A stretch of 64,000 nt of DNA from Octopus vulgaris (taxonomy: Eukaryota): contig OX597822.1 in NCBI GenBank assembly GCA_951406725.2, positions 102,300,001 through 102,364,000 on the forward strand. Direction: 5' to 3'. Both the position numbers and the translations under genes were made by a program. The notes beneath the pieces were generated by a model that saw only the letters and a list, made by a program, of their open reading frames with translations, did not search any database and was not told the DNA's origin. Position 1 is the stretch's first letter; each line of letters opens with the position of its first letter. Positions 1-13,859 of the stretch are shown here, in pieces.

Positions 1-119
1 ATAGGAACTATGAACGCGCCTATTACGGCTATAAGAAACAGCCGTAGGTCTACGATGCACAAATAATAAGTAACTATGTAAATTTCATCACTTATGCCTT
101 TTCTTGCATGTATATTTTT

Positions 120-290
<171 letters not shown>

Positions 291-414
291 AACGGGAAGC
301 TTTATGAAAATAAACAAAAGACGAAGGCAGGTGGAAAACAAACGAACAATTGTATTAGTATGGCGCTCAGGAAATATAAATAAAACAAGTCTTTAACGTT
401 TCGAGCCTACGCTC

Positions 415-418
<4 letters not shown>
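291..418 (-). mobile_element. PLE pseudo-LTR remnant with truncated minimal hammerhead, between (TA)n tracts
   Basis: Minus strand reads TGAAGAgcgtaggctcGAAACGTTaaag; a related copy lies on + at about 36097-36130. Confidence 0.65.
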
Positions 419-460
<42 letters not shown>

Positions 461-752
461 TGGAGGCGCAATGGCCCAGTGGTCAGGGCAGCGGACTCGC
501 GGTCGTAGGATCGCTGTTTCGATTCCCAGACCGGGCGTTGTGAGTGTTTATTGAGCAAAAACACCTAAAAGTTCCGGCAGGGGGCGGTGATCCCTGCTGT
601 ACTCTTTCACCACTCTTTCTCCCACTCTTTCTTCTGTTGGCCTGCTCGCTTAGCCAGCGGGGTGGCGTCATTCGAAGGCTAAAACAATGCGAACGCCTTG
701 TGACCAGCAATGTGTAACAACATCTGATGGTCTGGTCTGTCACGTGATCACG
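461..752 (+). mobile_element. tRNA-derived SINE, family S1
   Basis: Head ggaggcgcaatggcccagtggtcagggcagcggactcgcgg...gtttcgattccc with A/B boxes; same head at about 51994 and 52752. Confidence 0.88.
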
Positions 753-754
753 TG

Positions 755-791
<37 letters not shown>

Positions 792-1115
792 CGTACTTGC
801 ATAGCGAGTGACTTGATCTGAGATCGTGTGCAGGAAAGAAAACAATTGCAGCGTGAAAGGTGTTTATAAATCATTTAAGAAACACACAAAAACCGTTAGA
901 TTCTGATGCAGCACGGAATTTAGTCAGTGAACAGGTCTCGGTCTCAAAGCGACGAAAATATTTTGGCAACTTAGATTTAAATGTTGAAGTGAATCTAATG
1001 GTTTTGAAAACGAAAGCAATACAGAGAGGGAAAGAGGAGTGAAGAAAAAGAAAAGAAAAAGAACAAAATAGAAGAGGTGAGAAAAAAGAAGAAAGAAGCA
1101 AAATGAAGGAAGGAG

Positions 1116-1208
<93 letters not shown>

Positions 1209-1516
1209 ACACAAATGCATACATATATATACATGCATATACAGGTTAACTAAGGTCAAGAATTTGTATATTAATTTTCATTAGTACCAGACGACTGTTT
1301 GGTTTATTGTTTGGTTGGCTGGGTTATTTTGTTTTGTTTGCAACAAAAGGCATTTCATGAGAATTTCTCTACCCTTTCTGACAAAGACTTGTCTGATGTT
1401 ATTATTAACTCCAGTGAATCAAATATTATGAAAGAATTACGACTGAAACAGTATATATATATATATATATATATAAGAAAAAAGGTTTGAAAATGCAATT
1501 TAAACGATGTTTATTT

Positions 1517-1557
1517 ACTTAACCGGTTTCACTCTTTGGTAAAAGATTGTCAAAAGT
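1517..1557 (-). ncRNA. Hammerhead-like motif, U3-A8 core, imperfect stem II (mirror copy on + at 6224-6264)
   Basis: actt-TTGACAA-tcttt tacc aaaga gt-GAAA-CCGG-TT-aagt; stem I actt/aagt, palindromic stem III ACCGGT, 2 extra nt in stem II. Confidence 0.6.
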
Positions 1558-1571
1558 TACATTTAAGGAAA

Positions 1572-1800
1572 CATTGAATAATATGGGTTCAAAAAAAGTT
1601 TTTTACATAATTGTCACATTGAATATTATGCATTCAAAAAAGTTTTTTACATAATTGTCACATTGGATATTATGGGTTCAAAAAAGTTTTTTACATAATT
1701 GTCACATTGAATATTATGCATTCAAAAAAGTTTTTTACATAATTGTCACATTGGATATTATGAATTCAAAAATGTTTTTTTATACATAATTGTCACATTA
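1572..1800. repeat. 44-bp minisatellite, about 5 units (mirrored at about 5981-6210)
   Basis: gtcacatt recurs at 1613, 1657, 1701, 1745 and 1792. Confidence 0.92.
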
Positions 1801-2377
1801 TTTGGGAAAATTTGGCAGAAAAGGATAAAACAAATATATTATTGGGAATTGGTTGCGTTAATTATTGGTTGTCGCAAATTGTCACATTACATGTATATAT
1901 ATACAATCTTTGGTATATATATACAGCGTTTTGACAGCAAAAATTAAAATGGCTTTTTTGTACATCTCAGAATATTTTAAGTATGTTTTTACTGACCTGT
2001 CAGTATTAGCAGAAAGGCTGAACTGAGAGAACAGAAGGAGTAGCCAATGTGGTGTATACTTCCCCTTTATGCATGAATGATTTTGGGGTTATCAGGAGGT
2101 TAGTATGCGGGTGTGAATAGATGTGTCCGTGCCTGCTGGTCAGACAGCGTCTGTTTGTCACACACATATACATACACACAAACACACACACACACAACAA
2201 CACACACACACACACACATAGTATACAAACACACACCACATACAAACAACACACACACACACAGAACACACACACCCACACACAACGCACCCACATATAT
2301 CACATATACACACAGCACACAAATATAACATGTATCTATATATAACATACACAGATATATAACACACATACATACAC

Positions 2378-2432
<55 letters not shown>

Positions 2433-3213
2433 CACACGTACACATACATACATAATATAAATATCACACAAATACACCTAGCATATATATACACACATAC
2501 AATACACACATACAGCATGTAAGTAATATACATACACAATATATGCATGCAATATACATACGTAATACATACATATAATATATATATATATAGACAATGC
2601 ATATACATATATACACATATACATATAAATAGTGTTTACATACACATACATAGATGTACCACATATACACACAACACACATACATACAATGCATACACAT
2701 ACACATACGCATACATATAATATATATATACACACACACACACATAACATACATACACACACAATGCATACATATATATACACGCAATGCATATACATGT
2801 ATTCATGCACATATAGCACACCTACAATATACATATATACAGTGCACACATACACACAAATATATACACTTAATTGTACACGTACATATACAATACACAT
2901 ACATACAATATACATATACACAATGCGCATGCAAATAATGTACATGTTTATACACACATAAACATGCAAATAAATATACACACACACACACATATATATA
3001 CACATATATATATATACACACATACATACATACATACATGCACATACATATATTTTTTCACACACATATATATATATAAAAAATTCACCCCCCCCCACAC
3101 ACACACAAAATTACAAACCTATAGCGTACACACTCAAATATATCTCTACATGCCGCACATACACACAAACAAAGTACTAACATATACACACATACCATGC
3201 ATATACACACACA

Positions 3214-3252
<39 letters not shown>

Positions 3253-3292
3253 AAACAGATACATATGTAAATACATACACACGTACACAATG

Positions 3293-3329
<37 letters not shown>

Positions 3330-3338
3330 GCACACAGT

Positions 3339-3461
<123 letters not shown>

Positions 3462-3646
3462 CACTCACACACATACATCACCTACATATATATAATGCAT
3501 GCGTGTGCATGCCACGTATGTGTGCGGTCAATGCCCGCTAGTGTGTCCTATGCGTGCCGATGCGCGCATGTGCCCGCCCGCACGATATGCTGTGAGCGTG
3601 CGCGCGTCCCTGTGTGCTTGCTCTGGATGTGCTTCCAGGGGGTATG

Positions 3647-3968
3647 TTAGAGTATGTTTAGTTGTGGTCTGTATTTTTGAATAAGATTACTTTCCTTATT
3701 TATTCGTGTTTGGTCTATGGTGTTGTCCGAGCATTGGTATAGTGGGAAGACTAAGAATTTGGGGGACTTATTGTGTGCACAAAGGTCTAAGTGTCCACTT
3801 AGTGGTATCTGTCTTGTGGAGGGGTCCCTCAGTTGTTGTCGGTGAACTGTCATTCTGTCTCTGAGGGTAAGGCTCGTTTGCCCTATGTAGTCTTCGTGGC
3901 ATCCTTCACACCTTATGACGTAGAGTAAATTTTTTGATGCGCACGTGAAGTTATTTTTTATGATGAAT
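3647..3968 (-). pseudogene. C-terminal GIY-YIG endonuclease of a PLE (5'-truncated)
   Basis: FTCASKNLLYVIRCEGCHEDYIGQTSLTLRDRMTVH...GHL...E..LIQKY..QLN; the ORF portion beyond 3968 is just the inverted arm. Confidence 0.88.
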
Positions 3969-4328
3969 CTCCACAAGACAGATACCACTAAGTGGACACT
4001 TAGACCTTTGTGCACACAATAAGTCCCCCAAATTCTTAGTCTTCCCACTATACCAATGCTCGGACAACACCATAGACCAAACACGAATAAATAAGGAAAG
4101 TAATCTTATTCAAAAATACAGACCACAACTAAACATACTCTAACATACCCCCTGGAAGCACATCCAGAGCAAGCACACAGGGACGCGCGCACGCTCACAG
4201 CATATCGTGCGGGCGGGCACATGCGCGCATCGGCACGCATAGGACACACTAGCGGGCATTGACCGCACACATACGTGGCATGCACACGCATGCATTATAT
4301 ATATGTAGGTGATGTATGTGTGTGAGTG

Positions 4329-4362
<34 letters not shown>

Positions 4363-4535
4363 ACTGTGTGCGTGTGTGTGTATATGTGTGTGTGCGCGCG
4401 TTGTATGTGTGTGTGTGTGTGCACGTGTGTATATATGTGTGTGTGTGTGTGCACTGTGTGCGGGTGTGTGTGTATGTGTGTGTGTGTGTGTGTGTGAGCA
4501 TTGTGTACGTGTGTATGTATTTACATATGTATCTG

Positions 4536-4582
<47 letters not shown>

Positions 4583-5360
4583 TGTGTGTGTATATGCATG
4601 GTATGTGTGTATATGTTAGTACTTTGTTTGTGTGTGTGTGCGGCATGTAGAGATATATTTGAGTGTGTAAGATATAGGTTTGTAATTTTTGTGTGGGGGG
4701 GGGTGAATTTTTTATATATATATATGTGTGTGAAAAAATATATGTATGTGCATGTATGTATGTATGTATGTGTGTATATATATATATATGTGTATATATA
4801 TGTGTGTGTGTGTGTATATTTATTTGCATGTTTATGTGTGTATAAACATGTACATTATTTGCATGCGCATTGTGTATATGTATATTGTATGTATGTGTAT
4901 TGTATATGTACGTGTACAATTAAGTGTATATATTTGTGTGTATGTGTGCACTGTATATATGTATATTGTAGGTGTGCTATATGTGCATGAATACATGTAT
5001 ATGCATTGCGTGTATATATATGTATGCATTGTGTGTGTATGTATGTTATGTGTGTGTGTGTGTATATATATATTATATGTATGCGTATGTGTATGTGTAT
5101 GCATTGTATGTATGTGTGTTGTGTGTATATGTGGTACATCTATGTATGTGTATGTAAACACTATTTATATGTATATGTGTATATATGTATATGCATTGTC
5201 TATATATATATATATTATATGTATGTATTACGTATGTATATTGCATGCATATATTGTGTATGTATATTACTTACATGCTGTATGTGTGTATTGTATGTGT
5301 GTATATATATGCTAGGTGTATTTGTGTGATATTTATATTATGTATGTATGTGTACGTGTG

Positions 5361-5403
<43 letters not shown>

Positions 5404-6342
5404 GTGTATGTATGTGTGTTATATATCTGTGTATGTTATATATAGATACATGTTATATTTGTGTGCTGTGTGTATATGTGATATATGTGGGTGCGTTGTG
5501 TGTGGGTGTGTGTGTTCTGTGTGTGTGTGTGTTGTTTGTATGTGGTGTGTGTTTGTATACTATGTGTGTGTGTGTGTGTGTTGTTGTGTGTGTGTGTGTT
5601 TGTGTGTATGTATATGTGTGTGACAAACAGACGCTGTCTGACCAGCAGGCACGGACACATCTATTCACACCCGCATACTAACCTCCTGATAACCCCAAAA
5701 TCATTCATGCATAAAGGGGAAGTATACACCACATTGGCTACTCCTTCTGTTCTCTCAGTTCAGCCTTTCTGCTAATACTGACAGGTCAGTAAAAACATAC
5801 TTAAAATATTCTGAGATGTACAAAAAAGCCATTTTAATTTTTGCTGTCAAAACGCTGTATATATATACCAAAGATTGTATATATATACATGTAATGTGAC
5901 AATTTGCGACAACCAATAATTAACGCAACCAATTCCCAATAATATATTTGTTTTATCCTTTTCTGCCAAATTTTCCCAAATAATGTGACAATTATGTATA
6001 AAAAAACATTTTTGAATTCATAATATCCAATGTGACAATTATGTAAAAAACTTTTTTGAATGCATAATATTCAATGTGACAATTATGTAAAAAACTTTTT
6101 TGAACCCATAATATCCAATGTGACAATTATGTAAAAAACTTTTTTGAATGCATAATATTCAATGTGACAATTATGTAAAAAACTTTTTTTGAACCCATAT
6201 TATTCAATGTTTCCTTAAATGTAACTTTTGACAATCTTTTACCAAAGAGTGAAACCGGTTAAGTAAATAAACATCGTTTAAATTGCATTTTCAAACCTTT
6301 TTTCTTATATAATCCCACTCGTGCGATACCCCACAACTCAAC

Positions 6343-6439
<97 letters not shown>

Positions 6440-6567
6440 AAGACAGATGTTAAACAAAGACGACGACGATGATGATGATAAAGAGCACTGAAGCATCAGA
6501 CTTGATTTTTAAAAAAAGCATTTATTCTTATAGTTATATCGCACGTTCCGATGACCACTACTCAACT

Positions 6568-8725
6568 TTTTTTATTGCGGCATATAGCTTAAAAAAAGAG
6601 GGGACATTACAAAAACATACAACACAAAACGTGGGATACATAAAATAAGAATGCCGACGACCGCTCGGTTCAAAGTCTCCCTTGACCACAAGTGGCCTGA
6701 ATTCTTTACATGAACACCACCCTGTACATAACTCCATGTCCCCCTACATGGCCTTGCTTTTTTGATTTTTGAGCCAAAAAATTAACTAACTAACGAATTA
6801 TGAAATACGAAATGAATTATTTAACAATGAAAGGGTGTAATTGCTTACGAGCTCCCCAGAGCTCGCAGTTCCATTTTACTGTTCTAATTATGCATATTAA
6901 TTACCAGTCTCTTTAGTCTGTTATGTATTCCATGAGGTTCTCCTGTTCCATAACATTGGGTAAACTATCATATTGGATATATATCCCGGTAGGTCTGATT
7001 CTGGTTCCAAAGAATCCCATCAGCTTTTCTTTTCTCTCTTTCTCCAATAATACCGCTCTTTCATCGGGTTCGAACAGACGCCGTCTTGGAAATCTCCAGC
7101 GCACGCATGCGCAAGGTTGGAATCTTCCGGAAGGCCTGTCGGAAGTTCCCTCATGCGCATGCGCAGAAAACTAGCAGCAGCAGCGAAATTCTCTTGTATC
7201 GCTCTCTTGGACGCTAGCAGCTGAACAAGACAGACGTGTCTCCGTCAGCTCTCTCGAGCTGCTACCTCGTGGAGCATCTCCGCTATGCTTGAACGGGGGC
7301 AGGATTGACTCACTCCACTTGACTACTGCCGACAAGCTCTTAGGTTGCCGATTCGCCCAGAGGAAAGAAATGTTTATATTGCGAATCAAGGAATAAATAT
7401 TTATACTGTTGAAATTAATCGGAAATCTTGACTCTTTCTTCGATAAATATTTAATGTAAAGGATGCAAGCTGCACCCATCCAGTGCGGGGAATCTCTCAT
7501 CCTGTTACAAACTCTTATTAGATTTTTCGTTTTTGCTAGTCTCTTCTCTACTTCTATATCCTTGTTTTATCTTGACATTGTTCTTATATTTCGTCCAGCA
7601 TTCTGCCTGTTTGTGCTACATATTCTTCTCTCCTCCATACTTTCTTCTTCCACTCATCAAACTTCTCTCTCGCTCTTTGTTCTTCGGTTTTTTCCCTCCT
7701 GCTTTTTGTTGGCCCTGGTTCCTGCGTTCGAATCTCCTTACTTCCTTTTTCCATTGTAACTTGTTTCTTTGTCTCCGCTTTTCTTTTCTTGGGACTCTTT
7801 GGCGAAGACTCCGCTCTCGTTTTTTTCCTGTCTACCGCAACTTCCTCCTCCTTTTCCTTCTCCGCTTCTACCACCACTGTTTCTACTACCTCCATCTACC
7901 CTTGTTTCTGGGGACACCTTGCTTGCATGTGTCCCCTACCTCTGCAGTTGTAGCAAATTGGCAGTCTCCCCTCTACCACGACTCTCAGTCGGGTCTCCTC
8001 GGGGAGCACCAATTCCTCCGCCATCTTATGTAGATCTGACAGGGTTATGTGTATCAAAGCTTCGAGACCATAACCCCACCGGTTGATCTCCTTCGACCTC
8101 TGTACGTTCATTATATCCACCTCCTCGCAGTTGTAGATGATGGCTGCCACTAGCTATGCATCGTCAATCTCCGGGGGCACTCTCCCTATCCTAACTCTCA
8201 CGGGAGTTTCCCGCAGTAGGTCGGTAAGAGTGCCCACTTTGTTGATGTCAAATCCTCGTGGCGTGCCTTTTTGCCGCCTCCTCATCAACGAAGCGCACCT
8301 CCACCGTGCCGTACTTCCTTCCTCTCGAGCAAAATGTCTCGAGTAAAACTCCTTGTAACCATTCCTCAATTTCTTCGATTTCCGCCACTTCAATCTCTTT
8401 CGTTTTTGTTTAATGTTCGGTAAACTGCTTTTTTTTTTCTCCGCTCTTTGTAACACTTCCGCTGGTGGTGTTAAGCGGAGGCAATCTCCCTCCTTCACAA
8501 TTAGTCCATTGTATTGCTTAAAATCTCTTCCTTCCGTCTCAACTTCCCTTAGCTGCAACATGTTGGGTACCGGGCTTTTTCCCGCCACCGCAGCATAGCT
8601 GCCAGCTTCCATGCCCCACAATGGGTAGAAAAAAAAATTCAAGAATAGTTCAATCAACAAATCCAACGACAATATCAACAATTTTAATGACACTTTCAAA
8701 AATCAATTTCCACAACTCACTGCTC
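6568..8725 (-). mobile_element. T1: non-autonomous L1/Tx1-like element carrying a decayed ORF1 (gag-like) only
   Basis: A-rich 3' end at 6568; broken ORF 8612-7584 with RIGRVPPE, WGYG, VEGRLPICYNCRGRGHMQARCP (CCHC knuckle); no RT. Confidence 0.75.
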
Positions 8726-8743
8726 GATGACCGATACTCAACT

Positions 8744-10653
8744 CGTTTTTTTATTTGGCACCATGGCCACTAACACAGAGGGGGATACTACAAGGACAGA
8801 CACGACACCACAGTGGAGACAATAAACATAAAACGAATGAGGATGAATATTATATAAAAATGGAAAAAATGAAATGGCTGCATGGGCCCCACTCCTCATG
8901 CAGTACCATTTGAACGTTTATACACACTATATTACAATCGTGCTATTTTGTCTATAATTTTTTCTTAATCATCATTTTTTTCTTTCGAAACACTTTTTTT
9001 TTTTTTTTTTTCCCCTTTTTTTTTGTTTCTTTTAACAAAGTAATTTTACTTACTCTTCTTTTTCCACCCTTTTAATACTTCATATAAGGCTCTACGTCTC
9101 TAAGTTCAACTACCGGTGGCAGTTCATCGAACTCCACCAATACTCCGGGTGGGTCAATCTTGTTTCCGCACATGTCTACTCATCTATTGTATGCTTCTTT
9201 GTCGACCACAATGGCCTTTACATTTTCTGAGTATACCGCCTTGGGCAACTTTACTCTTGTGATATGTTTAGATTTCCCAATTCTTCTTTCCACTTCCTTG
9301 CTTTTGGCATATTTTACGAAGTTCCATTTATTCTTTCCTCTTCTTGGTGTTCTCCTTTCTACTTCTATTTCTGGTGGTTTTACCTTTTCTGTCTCTCCTC
9401 TTAACAATGTCTCTATATCACTCTCATCTTCTATTTCTGAAACTTTTTCCTTCTCTGTCTCTACTGTGAACAATTTCTCTATTTCACCCTCAATCTTTCT
9501 CCTTCGCCAAATTAACTGACGTCTTCAACACTGCTTCCTCCTTCTGTAACACATTCTCACACACCTTCCCAATTATTTTTCCACTTTCTTTCTCCACCAC
9601 CCTTTTGTCTTCCTTCCTTCCTTTTGGTCGCAGCTTTCCTTTCCACCTCTTCTTTCTTCTTTTTCTGGTTTCCTGGCGGCGGGCTCACTCTTCCGCTCTC
9701 CTTCTTTTTCTTTCCACTACCGTGAATACCTCCTCCGCTGTTTTTTTCTTCCTTCTCCACCTGTACTACATGTTCTATACTTTCTTGCTTCTCCCTCTGT
9801 TCTCCTTCTGTGGAGACCTCACCTTCATGTGGCCTTTCTCTCCATATTCAAACCATACAGGCGGCCTGCCCTCTACCTTCATTCTTAGTCTTAAGTCGTC
9901 AGGTAGCACTATCTCCTCCGCAATCCTATTCAAATCCTTTACTGCTGCCTGGATAGTGAGTTCGGGCCCATATCCCCAGTAATTGAGTTTGTTAGTTCTT
10001 GTGGCCTTCAGTATCTTGGCCCCATCTTTCATATTGAACATTATGGCTGTCATGAGCCATGCCTCTTCTAGTTCTGGGGGTACTTGGCCAACTCGCGCTC
10101 TGGCCACACGTTTGCCGCAGTACAACGGCAAAAGTACCCACTCCTCCGATCTTATTGCCTCTGTTGCGTGTTTGATTGCCTCCTCCACCTCTGTCGCGAA
10201 GCGCACATCCACGGTGGCATACTTCCTGCCTCTTGTTATAAAAGTTGTCAACTTTTTAATACTTTTCACAATTTCTATTTCTTCCATTGTCGCAATCTCT
10301 ATTTTTCTTGTTGCAATTCACATTGTTTTATACGTGACTATTTGTTTCGTTATCCTTTTGTCAGCTCTGCGGGTGGCGTCAACTTCAATGTCTCTCCCTC
10401 CTTCTCCAGCAACTTTTCACATGCCTTCATTTTTCTAGGTTCGACCTTGATTTCGAATGTCTCCAACGTTTTCTCTTCAGCTCCTTTTCCAGTTGCGGTC
10501 GCATAACTGTGGCCGCCCGCTGGCGTTTTCTGCATTTTTCCCTCAATGGGAAAAAAATAATAATACAATAACAATTAACAATATCAAAGTTCAAAGAGCA
10601 ACAACGAACAATTATTTAACGATCTACTCACAAAAGAAAAAACACTCTTTCTT
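8744..10653 (-). mobile_element. T2: second ORF1-only L1/Tx1-like element, head-to-tail with T1
   Basis: ORF pieces 10574-9180 parallel to T1 (SYA..., LKLTPPAE, RGRKYATVDVRF, VGQVPPE, YWGYG, VEGRPPV); A-rich 3' end at 8746. Confidence 0.75.
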
Positions 10654-10740
10654 CGACGACTCAACTCCCGACATCTAGACTTCTCCCTCTATATCTACTA
10701 AATTCAGGTCACAACAGAGGACATTGTTTAAATAACCTAT

Positions 10741-10822
<82 letters not shown>

Positions 10823-10962
10823 GACGGGCTTCTTTCAGTTTCCGTCTACCAAATCCACTCACAAGGCTTTGATCGGCCCGAGGCTATAGTAGAAGACACT
10901 TGCCCATGGTGTCACGCAGTGGGACTGAACCCAGAACCATGTGGTTGGTAAGCAAGCTACTT

Positions 10963-11907
10963 TATTTTATCAAATTTGCCATAAAGGCAGTACGTAGAGT
11001 GAGGAAGCTTGCGGGCTGGAAACGGACATTAATGAGGTGAATGATGATGATACAAGGATAATAAGATGGGAGAAGATGAAAAGCGCCCGCCGACTTCTGC
11101 TTCTCTAAAACATTGTTTTTTTTAAAAAATACTGAATGAGGTATTAACCCTCTTACAATTTTATTACAATGTATGGACTAAAAAGTCTATTACAATTACA
11201 AACAATTTAATAGGCAATAAACCTATTACACATATGAGTCCCTAATAAACTTTCTTGCCTCCTGCAGGCATTCCAGCAGCCGCAAGTTGGGGGCCCATAA
11301 AGAAGATCTGTACTCTTCCTTTGAGAAAGAGTCCATTATATGATAGAGGATCCTTTCTTCCAGTACCCGAGCATCCACCTGCGGAGGCCACTCTGGAATA
11401 CAAGTCGAGTCTATCAGGTCCCGACTATTAAGGGAACTTTCTATATAATTCTCTATAGCCCCTTCCCTGAGATAGAAGATCACATATGCTTCATCATTTC
11501 CACTGGGAGGGGCATTCTTCTTCCCCCTCCTCCGGTGGCTCACCTTACACCGAAGGGGTTTCGAAACATGCCGCCGGTGCACCAGCAACCGCCGGCGATT
11601 CCCCGTTTTTCTTTTGCGAAGGGAATCCGCCTCCCAAAAACACAATTCTCACTGCAAAGGGAGTCTTTTCGCAGGACCACAGGCAGGCAAATGTTTGGAG
11701 CAGAGTGGAGACTATTGCTCAACAAAAATTATTAGTTACTGAACAACAAACTCCACTAAGCCACCCCGCCAAAACAAAACAAACGCCTACCTGTAGTCGT
11801 GCTTCAAATGTTCAATTTTTCACGTCGAAAGACGTGACTTCCAAGCAGCATGAACAATGCGAACACAACAATGCATGCGCACACTGACAACTGAGACTCA
11901 TGGGAAC
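10963..11907 (-). mobile_element. T3: short non-autonomous Tx1-like element inside SINE S3
   Basis: Bounded by TSD copies; 3' end resembles T4; ORF 11645-11226 contains IPEWPPQVDARVLEERILYH, similar to the ORF1 VPPE motif of T1/T2. Confidence 0.6.
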
Positions 11908-11921
11908 TAAGTAAGCTACTT

Positions 11922-13859
11922 TATTTCATGAAAGTTCGCCATTAAGGCGTTACATAGAGGATACATACGAGGACAGACATACATATAGGGTGAAGTAGCT
12001 TAAAACGTTTTAAAATGAAACAATATGATAGGTAAAAATTTCAATGAAAGTTAACAAATTTGATGTTACATAGTAGGGCAAGGAACCCAGTCATCTGGGT
12101 AGAACCTTTACTTCTTGATCCGGCCACACTTACCTGGTGCCAAACATACCCAGCTTGCAGGCCACAGGCTTCCATCTTTTCACAAGCATATCTCGTGACA
12201 GACACCTCTTCTCCATCCTGATCTTACTATGTAGGTGGTAACTAAAAAGGTTAACCAGCCCCTAGCTGGAGACAAAGGTACCTGTCACTATACCTTTCGT
12301 ATGCGTCTTCCATACTGTTTCTTTCAGTATGGCTACAACGCAAGAAAAACAAGCCTTCCTTTCTCTGCTGAGGAAAGGAGCATTCTCAATGATAGACTCC
12401 GCTGATAGCTGTACTCTTCCCATCACTGACAACAGTTGTTCGGCAAAAGCAATCAGTCCCGATAACTCCAGGCACTCCACGAATGTGTGCATGACGGTTT
12501 CCCTATGCCGCTCACATCGCGGGCATGTCGGCGAGGCGGCACTTCCGTGCCTTGACAGCTTGTCGCGAACAGATAACGCTGCATGGAAACACTGCCAGGC
12601 CAGGGATTTCTGGTAATTATCCAGATATCTCGGCCCGATCGTTCTCCAGAACAGGTTGACCAACTGATTTTCATCGTAGCCCAGGGTCTCCCTCGAGACG
12701 TCTTCTGACATAAATACCACTAACCCGCTATAGAAATCCGCGGTGGAACTCCTATTGCTGGTATTGCCCGCCCGAGAGAGAAGCTGGAGTGCCGTCAGGC
12801 ACTCCAAATGCCATTCCCCCAGCTTAGGTCTCCGCTTGATCCACGCACCGGTGTCCGTTAAGGACGTTAACTGGGGAAGGTAGAACCGAACGTGCGGTGA
12901 CCACATCTGCTCTCCATCCAGGTAAAGCCAAAGGTGCCTCAACCTTAATGCGAATTTTCGCATCTTCAGCCAAGGCATTCCTAGCCCACCCTTTAGCGGT
13001 TTCTGGCCCGCGGACCACCTCTTCGTCTGAGAAGCGAACCTCGACTGAGCCATATGTCCGTCCCCTTGCAATTACGTTATGTCCTTCCATATCGGGGACA
13101 GGCATTTCGGGGACAGGCATTTCGGGGACAGGCATATCGGGGACAGGCATTTCTCTATTTTCTCTTCTTCAAAGTGTTTAAACCTTCTGTCCAAAAGACA
13201 GGTTTTGAACACTACGGTCCGCTTTTCAGTTTCCACCACAGTTGAAGAAGGTGATATTATCACATCACCTCCTTCTTTTTTCATGCGTTTAAAATATTCC
13301 TGTAGCACACCTACAGGAATATCAATGTTTTCGGTTGCCACAGCGGCAACCACCGAAAACTTTTTCCCATTGTTGGCATGACTGCCAACATCATCATTGC
13401 TTTTTATAAGAGCACACTTTTCGTGTATAATTTCAACCGATATGATTGAAATTAATAACACAAATAATTAAAATAATTAAATTGGTTTCCCACAAAACTG
13501 GGAAACCAATAAAAAGTTTTTTCCTCTCAAAGAGGATAGTAATTTTTTTAAATTATATAATACACTTCAAATCCCACCCCCGTTAGGGAGAGGGGCACAA
13601 AAATAGTCTAAAAGACTTACAATTCAAAAAAGTTATTCACACACGAGCCACAGTGGCCAAAGTTCAATATTTTTACGAATGTGTTAAATTATTCCCCGGT
13701 AAGACCGGGGAATAAAACAGTTCAACAACGTTCAAAGGTAACTCCTTGTTTCAAAGGTAAAAAAATCCAAAAGGTAATAACAACAAAACAGCAACAATAA
13801 AGCACTAACAACAGCAAAAACTCTTACCACGAGGAAAGACACGACTAACCAGTCGTGAA
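11922..13859 (-). mobile_element. T4: internally deleted L1/Tx1-like LINE (5' UTR and ORF1 N-terminus fused to ORF2 C-terminus)
   Basis: ORF1 motif IARGRTYGSVEVRF near 13070-13030, then ORF2 C-terminus PLKGGLGMP...LAWQCFHAALSVRDKL...CPRCERHRETVMHTFVEC (zf-RVT-type); EN and RT core absent. Confidence 0.82.

Noticed and set aside
1572-1800. CRISPR-like periodicity (also the S4 arrays and the 7-bp aggactc repeat near 34615-34660)
   Set aside because: No unique spacers, no cas genes, eukaryotic context
7154-7165. Perfect TGCGCATGCGCA (NRF1-type) palindrome
   Set aside because: Single short motif inside a retroelement 3' region with no promoter context
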